From Antedon mediterranea (Eukaryota; Animalia; Echinodermata): DNA of 64,000 nucleotides. A model generated the notes under the pieces. It made no database searches, had not been told where the DNA came from, and worked only from the letters and a program-made list of their open reading frames with translations. The position numbers and the translations under genes were made by a program. Every line of letters begins with the position of its first letter. Position 1 is the stretch's first letter. The DNA lies in assembly GCF_964355755.1 (NCBI RefSeq), contig NC_092679.1, positions 6,168,201 through 6,232,200 on the forward strand. Direction: 5' to 3'. Positions 35,931-48,466 of the stretch are shown piece after piece.

Positions 35931-38140
35931 TTAGTGAATTGTTCAAATTTGCATCATTATTTTTCACTTCGCGTTCTTCCGATAGTGATCAGTCATCGTT
36001 GGTTTCGAAAGCAAATAATAGTTTCAGGCTTTTTAACCATTTAACATTGATTAATAGACGTCGTTCTGTGATGCTCCAATTAATTTTTCAAACTTATCAT
36101 CTTTGCAAGATGTCTTATGACCTGATTTATACTCTAGCTTTATTTTGGTCTAGTAACTGGGAGACAAGTAGGCTTACTCTTCTAATAAATATGGTTTTTA
36201 ATCGGATCGTGTATAAAGCTCTGTCTACTCAAACTTTATGTGACAAAAACATGCTACACGATAACGTCATATCACTGGTATATTTGGGCACATCACACAT
36301 TTTAATTAGACTAGTTTGTGGTAGACAGAGCAGCTCTGTCTACACTTCAGTAGTGATATGCCCAAATATGGTATCATCATGTCCATATTTTGACACATAA
36401 ACTTTGATAGTGCAGACAGAGCTTAAGACATGTAGGTTATCTAGGCTTCATTTATAGTCATATTTCGACAAACACATTTCAAGAATATTGCTGTTTGTAT
36501 AGGTTACTTCGGTCGTATCTGGAAAGTAATTTTTCAAGCAAAATGTGTTGGAAAGTGATTTCGACTGTAGGTCACTTTCCTGCGCCAATAATTTTGTCAA
36601 CTTTCAGATAAAAAAAATCTGCACTAACTACTGGTTTTCTTGTTTGCTTAATTCGCAAATTTAGTCCTTTTAAATTAATCTGTTACTTTAGTGTATAGAT
36701 TACAATTATGCTTAATAAGTTCCATACAATATTTTATCCATATTAAACAGCGTATTTGATGATATCAGATTTCCAATCGTGAACCTAGTATAATTTGCAG
36801 ATCGTCAACAAACTTGTTTACTTGCCTCCTAGCATATCTTGTGTTTCCAATGACTATCACCACATACTGTACAGATACAACAGTAATAGGTTATGGAAAT
36901 GCAATTTAGAATTTATATTACATTAATGATGAGAGAGAAGCATTACTTTTATAACGATGGATGGAGAAATTCAGTATTAATTTTCATTCGTTTCTTTTGC
37001 ATGTTGGCAAGTAACCGGTAACGCACGAGACAGCGTATACGGGTTAATAATATAATTCGTACCATATCGATAATCGATATGAAAATTTGAGTTGTGTACT
37101 TTGTAGATAATTTATGTATAGAAAATGGTATTGATGGTTGTTAATGGTGGATAGGACTTTTGCTCTGTAAGTGACGTCGCGATTCGATCGAATCCGACTC
37201 ATGACGTTTTATATGGGAGTTTGTGAAGATTTATAAGGACTCTGATCAAAATGAAAGTATACTGTTATTACCCATTAATGATATTGTATACATTACATAT
37301 CATATTTTACTATACTATTATGACTATTCATAAGGGATTAATTCCATTATAATCATATATATATATAGGCCTAATGTATGGAAAGCCTCAGGCGCATTTT
37401 ACAAGACAACATAAACAGTCAACTGGAATTCAGACTTGATTTAGTATATTAATCATTGTAGTACAGGATGAACCCCCCCCCCCCTCTTTAATTAGGGTAC
37501 ATCTTCGGATCCAGCAATGTGTACATTTAATAGGTAGGCCTATGAGGGATTTGTTGGAGTGTTAACTTTCTGGTACTACCCGTATATCACTGCAAAAGCG
37601 TCCTAAATCGAATATTATTTCATGCCATGTTTTACGAGTAAGCTCTGTGTTACCGTACACTGTCAAACTACTTTGACAAAAAAAGTGTGATCTACCCAAA
37701 TATGGTAGTGATATGCTCAAACATGGTGTTGATATGACATCATTATGTCTATATTATGGACACATCACATTTTTTTGTAACAAACAGTTTGATAGTGTAT
37801 AGAAAGTTGTTCTAGGTAGTAGTCACTCACTGTTAGTGGTTTCACCATGGATTACAAATAAATGCCACTGACGGTTTTAATTTGAGTTGAACAAATTGCG
37901 AATATCTATTTTTAGAATTTTTTCCAATTGTAATATGATCACATGTATCATGTATAGCACATGTGCCTGTTTACCGTCAGTACATAGTAAACGGAAAGAC
38001 TTAGGTGAAATCGATTAGTCTCCAGGAGGAGAGCGCATAATTAAACAAAGTGCTCTTATAGATATAAGTACTGCGTCACTTACGGTAATGCTTAAAAATC
38101 GGATGTTAAAGTAATGTCTTTTCTCATTATCCTGTCTTAA

Positions 38141-41059
38141 AATGGATATGAAAGGATTTTAAAATTTCACAAAAAGGACTTTGTATGAATCCTTTTAATG
38201 TTAATAAACAGCACACAAAAAATTAGATTCAAATACCTAGTAGAAATTGAGAAATAAACAAATTAAATTTTGGTATAAAACGTCCGCAAAATGGCCGACC
38301 AACTGGCACGCCATCTTAATTTTTATGAACGTTCTATACGCACGTACGAGATCGTCAAATTTAGAGTTTGAAACACCCGGGGTTGTAGCCACGGCAGCAG
38401 TCGTTTTGTGATTGGTTAATGAATTTTAATACAGTCCAATCACCGCCTTGTCTCGTTCGCGGACTGTGTGGTGTAAACAAAATAAACAAACCCATGCTAC
38501 ACGAGACTCGCGTGTTGCAAGCTCCCTGTTGCTGCAGTCGTAGAAAATATCGATATTTCACAAATCAATAAAAAGTTATGTCTGCAAAGATTGTACGTGA
38601 AAAGAAGAAAGTGTGTATTTGTACTTCTCACACTAAACCACTCACGCAGACTACAAATTAGGCTAGGTCTAGTAGACTATAGTTTCTTCTAAATTCGCTA
38701 GTAGTAGGCTAGGCCTACACATGGAGTTACTCCATGGCCTACAGTACAAGAGAGTAGCAGTCGCCGGTCCACCGACGAACCTCCAGGAAGTGGACAAGGC
38801 GCGGGCGTAGACGTATGTAAAAGGCGACGTAAATAAAAAAGGTAAGCTTGTGTTGAACTTGTTTTTGGCTCTGACTTTTGTTATTGACTAATATAGTAAT
38901 ATAATAATACTAATAATTAAAGTAGAGCAGAGGAGGTGAGGCCGAGAGGATTATTATAGTTTAGTTAGTAACTGTAGTGTAATTAAATAATAACCTCTTT
39001 CTGTTTGTTACCAAGTCATAAAATATAATACTATAGGGCCTAGAGGTAGGATTGAATAAAAATAATAGTACATTTTCATCCATTTATTGGTCTTATCTTT
39101 GCAGATTTATGGAATCAACAGTACATGAGATGGCTTTGAAGAACTGTAATAGTACTAGTAATAAAATTGTAAACATCAAATTATATGGCAGAAATAGTGT
39201 GTGGAATGAATTTTATTGAACAAATGTATCATAATGAGTTTGGAACAAGCAGGATTTTTCAAACAGGACATAAATTACTTTTGAGACCTGAGTGATACAT
39301 TTTAATTCTATCAACACCAGCCAGCTCCATCATATTCAAGAGATGGATTCTTTCATAAATGTCCATTGTACATAGTATTTGGCTAAATAAATAAAAAAAG
39401 AAGTACAGTAGTGGTTTATTTGTTTATATACCCAGACCCATTTAATGGTTAAAAACAAACACTATATGATGCACTGCTACTAGTGTACTGTCTGGTAGTA
39501 CATTACCATAGTTACAGTATGACTGTAACCCTAGCACTCGCGTCTAAAGAATTCTATTATGCATATTTTACTATTCTTCATAAATATTTAGTTCTGTAAT
39601 TTTAATTGTCTGCGCTCATTCTATACTTGGTGTCTTAGTATACTGCATAAATGTATCGTGCAAGCATGATCCAAGTAGCATCTATTATAAAGTACTCTGG
39701 GTATCTTTCTATTCACCTGAAAAAAGGAAAATGAATAAGCACATGTTTATCTGCCCTCAAAACAAAATAATAATTTAGTATAATGTATTATGTAGGTTTG
39801 ATCAACAGTTTAAAATAGCAATGCTCAGTATCTGTTACCTTAATATTATAATTTTACTCTAACATTTGCGCTTCCATTCCAATCAATAAATACATTTGCT
39901 TATCCCGTCCATCAATTATCATAATTGCACTCCAATTATAGACCTGTAGGTAGGTAAAAATACAAATGAATTGTTTATTTACTGTATACTGTACTGTATA
40001 TTGTACTGTATATGATACAAGCTGAAATACCCCTAACTAGGCCTGGCCTGTTATAACCTTTATTACTACATTAGAGAAAATCCAACTCTATTCATTTTAT
40101 TGGGAATCATAATACAGTATTTAGTATTCAGTGTTGCCTAGCCTACTAGCTAGTAGGGCGGCATGTAATAACAAAAAAATATTTTAATAATACGTTAGTC
40201 AGGACACTACAGCACACAACAATATTATTAATAAACGTACTTATAAATAATGTGTATATACATAATACAGTAACACAATTGTGCCTACCATTAACACCCT
40301 CAACGATACATCAAGGAGCATACGCTCTCAGCTCACCTCTGGCCGGGCGACTAAACACCGTATCCAGCAGTCATCACTACTAAAAAGGCCTAGACCTAGC
40401 TAGCTCCAGGCCATGGCATTGTCAAACACCATTTACTCGTCCAACCGTTTCTTCAAAACGATGTTAACACCCGTGTTAACAAGACGATGTGGACGAATTT
40501 CCATCAATTTCAGTTAATTACAACGAAATAATAATAAAATGAATGTTTCAATAATACGTGTATAATAAATAGCGAAATAAACATCGCTCGCGAGGAGGGT
40601 CGAGAGAGAGGCCAAGGTGGTCGACTCTGTGATTCTTACGCATGCGCAAAATAACTCCGTGTACCCAGCCAGCAAGATAGGCATTTGGCTATGAATTTCG
40701 TAAAAGATGGCCTTGAAAAACGAAATTAAAATCCGTTTTTAAAAAAACTTGGTTGATAATATGAATTAATTTTATTCGATTAGGCTAACATACTTATCCA
40801 AGAATAAAAATATCAAAGCAATAAGTAATTACTACCATGCTTTTGCATCAATCAATGATTTACTGCTAAATTCCTATCTCTGTAATACAAAAATAACTTT
40901 TAGTGACGTCACAAAAAGTTTTTCACAGGTTTCTCAGGGGCGTTTTGAGGGCGTTGTCGTCCTCCAAAACATTAAGTATGACTATGGCAAGCTTAAAACT
41001 GATTGATCTACACGTTGAGCCAATAAAATGATATTGCTAGGAACCCTTTCATATCCATT
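38141..41059. mobile_element. 2.9-kb non-autonomous TTAA-site DNA transposon (Kolobok-like)
   Basis: Perfect 15-bp TIR AATGGATATGAAAGG / CCTTTCATATCCATT, each flanked by TTAA (38137-38140, 41060-41063). No transposase ORF. Confidence 0.7.
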
Positions 41060-41891
41060 TTAAGGCCCATCTTTTATACATGGAATTAATGATGGGACAA
41101 TAATTATTTAATGAATTTGATGCTCGCGTGTTTATGATGGAGATGGTCATTGGATAAGCCTGTGATGTTTAAGATTGTGGTTTTGGTTGGCTGGTTGCGG
41201 GCTAAGGGTGATGGATATATTGATCGCTTGGCTTGGTTTTTACACAATAGAATAGGCCTTCCAATGGTTGTCGTCTACAATAACAAGTACTTTATTTACA
41301 ACTTGCTTAGCGCGTGTTCGTAAACGTAATAGTTTAATTGATGCATGCCCTGACAGTATCTAAAATGTTTTATTTGCGTTAACAGTTTCAAATAGGTGTT
41401 TTTGGTATCAATAAAATGCGTCAAAATTAACAAAGCGAAACAGGTGCTGTTAATAGCATACACGGTAATGCATATAGATTTTACGTCTTCAATCAAAAGT
41501 GGTGTTTATGACGTATTAGTACGCGCGCTATTTAACGCTGAGTTTAAAATAGTACCGTTATTGCCAAACTCTGTTTATAGGATATTTGCAATTGCCTTTA
41601 ATATGTACGGATTTTGGAACTGTCATTATTGCTCTCAGCTGGTAAGTGTGCGCTATTGATTTTGTGTGATGGAAAACACTATATTGACACGGTAACGAGC
41701 CTGATTGCAGCTACACCGGCCAATACGTCGTAAATGAGTTTTGAGTAGGCCTTTTGATTGAATCTATTTCATTAAATTCCGTAAAGTTAATTCATATATC
41801 AAGTATGATTTTTACTCTGTATTCATCGATTGTTCCGTGAATATGAAATTTGAATAATCGGTTTTTAAGGAGCTAAGTTTTGTTCCCACTA

Positions 41892-42249
41892 AAGCTTGGT
41901 TCCCACTAGAACGTAACGCAAGGACGTAAACGCAACGCAAGCGTTTGAAAGCGTGGTTCCCACTAGCAACGCAAGGACGTAACGCAACGCAAGTGAATTG
42001 ACCAATCACAAGCGATGGCTTATTCGCTTGTGATTGCTAACGGTCTATAACTTCGCTTGTCATTGGTTAAAACGCTTGCGTTGCGTTTACGTCCTCGCGT
42101 TACGTTCTAGTGGGAACCAAGCTTTACCAATGACAAGCGAAGTTATAGACAGTTAGCAATCACAAGCGAATAAGCCATCGCTTGTGATTGAACAATTCAC
42201 TTGCGTTGCGTTACGTCCTTGTGTTGCGTCGCTAGTGGGAACCACGCTC
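41892..42249. mobile_element. Family B MITE containing an inverted second copy (about 41950-42123)
   Basis: Outer copy breaks after AAGCGTT and resumes at CCAATGACAAGCG. Inner copy has both TIRs. Confidence 0.8.
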
Positions 42250-42899
42250 TACCCTGTGATCTGTCACCGCCCCTTCGTTTGCTCCAGTTCTAGAGCTCAG
42301 AGTCACGCTGGCCATTACTGAATGCGTGGGAAGTTTTCTTAATAATAATATATTCTTTATCAATCTTAAAATGTGAACATTATTAACTGTTATGTCCAAA
42401 TGTGAAAATAGATACAGTATATGGTTAAGAACCGAGTGTGGAAGCGTTCAAATAGTAGTAAAATTACGAATTTCAATAAATTCAAAACTGATGCTGTTGC
42501 ATTGTCTGTTCGAACAAATGCCGGTATCACGTGATATTTGCAAATAATAAGTGTAGACAAGCTATCAAATTACGAGAATTTGAGAGAATTACTGAATATT
42601 TACCACCGCTCCACCACCCCCCCCCCCCCTTACCAAACATAAGAACCCAGTGCATTACCTGAAACAGGAGTTCAGTTACCTTTGTGTCGAGAAAAACAAA
42701 ATCATATTATATTAAAGTATTATTTATAATTTCCCGTGTTTGTCTAGAAATGATATCATGATTGATAGCACGTTTTCTATAGAGATAATACAAACATTAA
42801 TGAATGTCATCTCATGTATCACCAGGTTTTTGTAGGCTGGCTGTATGTTATAACTGTGCGTTCACATGATCCCGAAATATAATTACGAATTCCTTGTGC

Positions 42900-43333
42900 T
42901 TTGTTTCCACTAGCGACGCGACGTTTTGACGCAAAGTGATGTATTGCGTAATCACAAGTTGTAACCGACGACGCAACAATGCTGCAAATATCACAAATTT
43001 GAATTCACGCATGCGGGGGCAAACACAATTATCGAAAGAGCATTTTCATACGTTGCGTAGGTTGCATTACGTTCCTTTGCTAGTGGGAACCACGCTTCAG
43101 AGAGGAAACGTACGTTTATCTATCGCGTCGTAGTTGGTCAAACTTGTGTGCTTACGTCGTCTTTGCGTTGCGTCCCAATGCATGATTCCCACTAGGAGAC
43201 ACCGTAACACACAATGACGTAACGCAACGTAAGGAATTTGACCAATCACAAGCGATGGATTATTTTGAACTGTCGCTTGTCATTGGTCAACTCGCTCTAC
43301 GTCCTTGCGTTGTGCCCTAGTGGGAACTAAGCT
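42900..43333. mobile_element. Degenerate family B-related MITE cluster
   Basis: TTCC(C)ACTAG / CTAGTGGGAAC termini and ACGCA repeats. Further copies at about 47092-47231 and 51250-51388. Confidence 0.65.
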
Positions 43334-43677
43334 TAAACGCTGTTATAATAATAAATGTACGCCTATTGATTTATGACAGAGCTAACATGTTTTTCTTATT
43401 ATTTTTTTTCTACTGTGCTTTCGGTGACCTGGACTAGCAACTAGTTATAGTCTAGTTTCAAGAGCCGGCGATTTGATTAAGTATTGGTAAAAAGATAAAA
43501 ATTTTGGCACCCATGGCGTTGCATAAGTAAGGAAAAGACAATAGGTAGAGACTTGGGCAAGTTGCGCCATGTTAACTCGTTGTGCGCATCAGCCAAAGAA
43601 ACAAATGGGTCCAGATCCTGAGCCTTCCCAAGTACTGCAGTATGGCTTAACTTTATCGTCAATATTGTTATGCTTAA

Positions 43678-43856
43678 AGCGTGGTTCCCACTAGCGACGC
43701 AACGCAAGGACGTAACGCAACGCAAATGAATTGACCAATCACAAGCGGTGGCTTATTCGCTTGTGATTGCTAACTGTCTATAACTTCGCTTGTCATTGGT
43801 TAAAACGCTTGCGTTGCGTTTACGTCCTTGCGTTACGTTCTAGTGGGAACCAAGCT
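43678..43856. mobile_element. Family B MITE inserted in the LTR
   Basis: Both TIRs present. TAA TSD at 43675-43677 and 43857-43859. Confidence 0.88.
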
Positions 43857-44091
43857 TAAGCAATACATACGCAACACATTTAATTACTCGGTACCTTTCA
43901 CTTTATTTTACTATCGTCGTGCACAACCTCCTGCCCGGAACTCCCCTACTGTACAAATACCTCGTCTATTTAAACCAACTCACAGGTAGAAAATATGCAA
44001 ATATGTCATTGTGTACAAAAAGAGTAAACGACGTCACAACATACGCCCACCCTACACAAATTGACGCCTGACAACTTCGGTCAAATGTCTA

Positions 44092-44300
44092 GCATTATAT
44101 AATTCTAATATACTTTGTTTTTAACATTTTATTATTTTTTTTATACATCTCAACATATGCATTATCTAATTCTAATATACTTTGTTTTAACATTTTATTT
44201 TTTTTATACATCTCAACATACGCATTATCCAATTCTAATATACTTTGTTTTAATATTCATCTTTTTTTTTACATCCCAATATACGCATTATCTAATTCCA
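44092..44300. repeat. AT-rich ~63-bp tandem repeat, about 3 copies
   Basis: GCATTAT..AATTCTAATATACTTTGTTTT...ACATCTCAACATA repeated. Confidence 0.85.
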
Positions 44301-44436
44301 ATTATAAAAATAAGATAAATAAATAGAAATATTATTACATAAGATATACAACCACACAACTACTGCCGTTTCCAATCTAACGTTGGTTAATTCCGTAAAT
44401 GTCCAAACCAGCACATGAAAATATCCGCCTCAAACA

Positions 44437-44637
44437 AGTTCTGAATTCAACACCCCACAGTTCTGAATCCCAGCAACAACAGTTCTGAATCCCAGCAACA
44501 ACAGTTCTGAATCCCAGCTACAACAGTTCTGAATCCCAGCAACAACAGTTCTGAATCCCAGCAACAACAGTTCTGAATCCCAGCTACAACAGTTCTGAAT
44601 CCCAGCAACAACAGTTCTGAATACCAGCAAAAACAGT
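44437..44637. repeat. 22-bp minisatellite, about 9 copies
   Basis: Unit TTCTGAATCCCAGC(A/T)ACAACAG. Confidence 0.95.
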
Positions 44638-44733
44638 ACTGGGATTACCTTTTGGGTAGGGTGATGGTGGATGGATGGTGGATGAATTGAATTCCCGCCT
44701 GTGGACTTTAGAAAGAGCCGTTAAAATATAAAA

Positions 44734-45432
44734 ATGTCAGTTGTGAAACGGACATCACAAAATGGTGAAGGTGATCCTACGAGAAAAAGACGCAAAACTG
44801 GAGAGGACGAAAACAGTGATCCAGACCTAGACTCGGATGCAGAGGAAGAGGGTAATTCGGTTGGATTTATTGAGAAAATAGTATACTGAAGAAACTTTGA
44901 TGTGTCATGGTCATTTAGACTTTTCCTTTGGGCCAAATGTCAACTTTGTTGTTGGTAGAAATGGAAGTGGCAAGAGTGCCGTTCTGACTGCTTTGGTAGT
45001 AGGTTTAAGAGGAAATGCTAATATCACTGGAAGAGGATCATCTATGAACAACTTTAAAAAAAAAAAAAATCAAAAAAGTTATGCAGAAATTACAATCAAA
45101 ATTATCAATCGGGGAACGGATGCATTCAAGCATGACTTGTACGGCAACTCAGTGACCGTCATTCGTCGAATTAATCAAGATGGTCAGTCGTTTTATAAAC
45201 TAAAAAGTGAGAAAGGTGCAGTTGTATCAACAAAGAAGGAAAAGCTCACCCACCTCCTTGACCAATTCAACATACAAGTGGACAATCCAGTCTCTAATCT
45301 AATCAGGACACGAGCCGTAACTTTCTTCAATCAAAGTTACCAACTGACGCTATAAGTTTTTTTCTGAAGGCAACACAACTTCAGCAAATGACGAATGATT
45401 ACAACACAATTCAGGAGCAAAAGGATATCACT
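44734..45432 (+). pseudogene. SMC6: Intronless, frameshifted 5' fragment of SMC6 (N-terminal ATPase head)
   Basis: ATG at 44734, then VGFIEKI, MCHGHL...[26 protein letters not shown] (Walker A), [32 protein letters not shown]. Frameshifts near 44881-44900, 45297 and 45349. Ends abruptly at the LTR. Confidence 0.88.
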
Positions 45433-48400
45433 TTATTTAACCATCGTCGTACACACAACCTCCTGTCCGGAACTCCCCTACTGTCAAATACCTCGTCTAT
45501 TTAAACCAACTCACAGGTGGAAAATATGCAAATATATCATTGCGTACAAAAAGAGTAAACGACGTCACAACAATATTCACAATCTTTTGTTTGCTGGACT
45601 ACGACGTAATTAATATTTAAAGTCAGAGATTCACGCTTTAAAAGGTTTTGCGGTTAACGAGAGACGGTTAAGATGGTCTTAAAATCTCTGGCTTATATGA
45701 AATGCATTTCTAACTAATTATTCATAATTTTATGCTGTATCGGAAGAAATGTCAGTGTATGTGCGCCAATCATAATATAGCTAATTTGATCAGAATTTGT
45801 GGAATATAATATATTTAGTCCAAAGCCATAATGACAGCGTAATTGAGGTATAAATACGCCATAATTAAATGGACAATGGCCATTATAAAGAACATTTATT
45901 ACGACTTCCTCACGGAAATCAGTTGATGATAAACGTGTATTTTTACGCAATACTAATTTTATACAGATATTCAGAAATATGTAATACTTATTAAATTATA
46001 ATGATATGTAGGCCGAGGCCTACAGGAACTGTTGTGTTCAGCATTTTGTTAGAATTTTCAATGAAACTGTAAAACATAATTCAAATTCAACGACATACAA
46101 CAAAACACAATGCGTGGGTGACTGTAATATTCACCTTACATATAAGTAATAGCCTAGCCTGGGGCAGTAGTAGTCTGACGATTTCATCGCGATATGCTTT
46201 CAAATTGTATGGCTGGGTAATTAAAACACATTGCTTCTCCCTCTGGCTAAGTTCTAGCATTGAAAATGCCATTCTTAATATTACATAATAGCTTAATATC
46301 TGTCTCAGAACAAACACTCAGAACGATATGTTATTAACATCATCAATATGAAATAATATCGGAGACAATCAGATGAAATACCATGAACAAACTTAGGAGT
46401 GCAACTTATATAAAGCTGATTAAGACCTCCAGTGAAATGAATTACAATATTATGAGAAATTTCCCTGAGCTGACCTTTAAGAAAACAAAACATTTTTTTT
46501 TTAATTGTGACAATGGTCGACCATACCAGCAGTATAAAACTGAAATTACAGTACAATTATGAAAAATTATACTTTTTTGCCCGGAGCTGACCTTTAAGGA
46601 AAAAAAGTTGTGATCGCCTACGCGTCTGCAATACTTACTGATAAATATGTTAAAGTTGGAGTTATTAACATTACCTTACATTTTACAAGAGAGGTTTACA
46701 ATAATATAAATCATTTACTGACAATATGAAACATTGATTCAGGCTGCACGTTACCCGGCAAGTTGTCGGAAACCAATTAATCTAGAAAACAATGAATTCA
46801 TGGAAAGAACATGAATACAATTCTAGATATATCTTCACATGTTTTCTAACAGGGGGTTTCTACTTATAAGCTGTGCTTCAGAGATTCCCCCTTTCTATTC
46901 TTTCATTTTTGTAATGAATATTTATGTATGTTTATGCTTTTTTGTTGTGAATAATGGAAATAAAGAAAAACATTAATGGCTCTATCGATTAGTATAAGCA
47001 CCAGTTATCCGGCCCTTTGCAACCTTTGAACACAAATACTTGAATAATTATGAAACATTCACGACAAAACTTTGAAAGTATGATACTCTAATGCTTGGTT
47101 CCACTAGAGACGCAACACAAGGACGTAACGCAACGTAAGGGATTTGACCAATCACAAGCGATGGATTATCCGAACTGTCGCTTGTCATTGGTCAACACGC
47201 TTGCGTTGCCTTAACTAGTGGGAACCACGCTTTAACCAAAAATCGTGTTGAATTTGAAGTTTATACTTTACTTCTTAGAGTCCCTTCTCCTACAGCCAAC
47301 CTCTTCAGGGGACACTCCTATTAAGGATGAGAGGTGAGGGGGGGGGGGGGGGAATAAGTTCCGTGAAAAGAGTTAGGGGAAATGTATGTTAGCTCTATTC
47401 ACTATAGACACCCTTTTAATAAAAGGAAACGATTTGTTGGGTCTCGAACGTGTCCCTTAATAGGGGTCTTGAACCAGCTTTTTTACAAAAAAGTTATTTA
47501 CACGACCAGGTAGGGTTGGTTGATGATTAAACCAAGAACTTTATGGGTGACTGAACATCCAAATTCCTTGTTTGAACACACACAATCAAAATTTCGAAGA
47601 GCCACGTCTTAAAAGGAGCCTTTGACGTTCCTGCTTGAGCGAGTGGTTTAACGAATTTAATCAAGATCACTAGCAGGATATTGTTAGACTTTTTATTGAT
47701 AAGCGCGATGTGCTGGCAAATGCACAAATGTATCTCTAAGGATTACAAGAAGATTATTCTATTTTACACAATGCTGCAAGAAAAATAAGAAATGGAGGTG
47801 ATTCACGCTTGTGAGTGAATAACAGGTGGGTAAAATTACGAAAGATGGTTTATACTAACCTCAATCGATTTATTTCTAAATTATATCTGGACTGGTCTAT
47901 ATTGAGAAATACCAAACCATGAAATTGCATTGCAAGTAAGTTACCATGCCATATCTCTTCTGAAAAACTCCCAAAAATACGGTAGGCTAGCTAGTGCAGT
48001 AAATTAGATTAATTTTAAATGAAACTACAACAAACTATCAGATATTTTAATAGTAATAATAATATTTATTCGGCAAGTTAACAAAAGTAGGCCTACATAA
48101 TTTACCAGGAGCAAGGGATAAAACAAGATCTTATATCTGATGCCAGCTGCTGTTCTTTTAAAAGCGACGTCAAATAGATGTATATCGAACTTCCCAATAC
48201 AAAGTTCTTGGTGAATAGGCCTAAATATTTAAAACTGTTCAAACTTTAGTATTACTGACGTTATATTTACATCGTATCATGGTCATCAGCATTGTGATAG
48301 CTTACATTATTACGCCAAATTAATTGTGAACTGGAGTGCAATTGTGGCGGACTGCTTCGTACCCGTCCTGTATTCGAAAATTCCTTAATCTTTTTCCTGA

Positions 48401-48466
48401 AGTATGGAACGCCAATATACACCCAAACGTGTTGTAGTGCAGACAACAACCATAGATCATCCTTAT

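Larger units (their letters stand above)
43666..45572 (-). mobile_element. Non-autonomous short-LTR retroelement (TRIM-like) carrying an SMC6 fragment
   Basis: Direct repeats of ~145 bp at 43898-44041 and 45428-45572. On the minus strand the complete LTR runs TGTTGTG...ATAACA (about 194 bp after removing a MITE) and contains AATAAA. 4-bp TSD ATAT at 43662-43665 and 45573-45576. G-rich PPT-like tract at 44042-44056. Confidence 0.72.

Noticed and set aside
44897-45355. Functional SMC6 gene or exon
   Set aside because: Frameshifts on both sides, altered conserved residues, no further SMC6 exons in the window, and embedded between LTRs.
45617-46597. Another TTAA-type transposon
   Set aside because: Two right-end-like GAGCTGACCTTTAAG motifs but only a weak left match, so boundaries cannot be supported.
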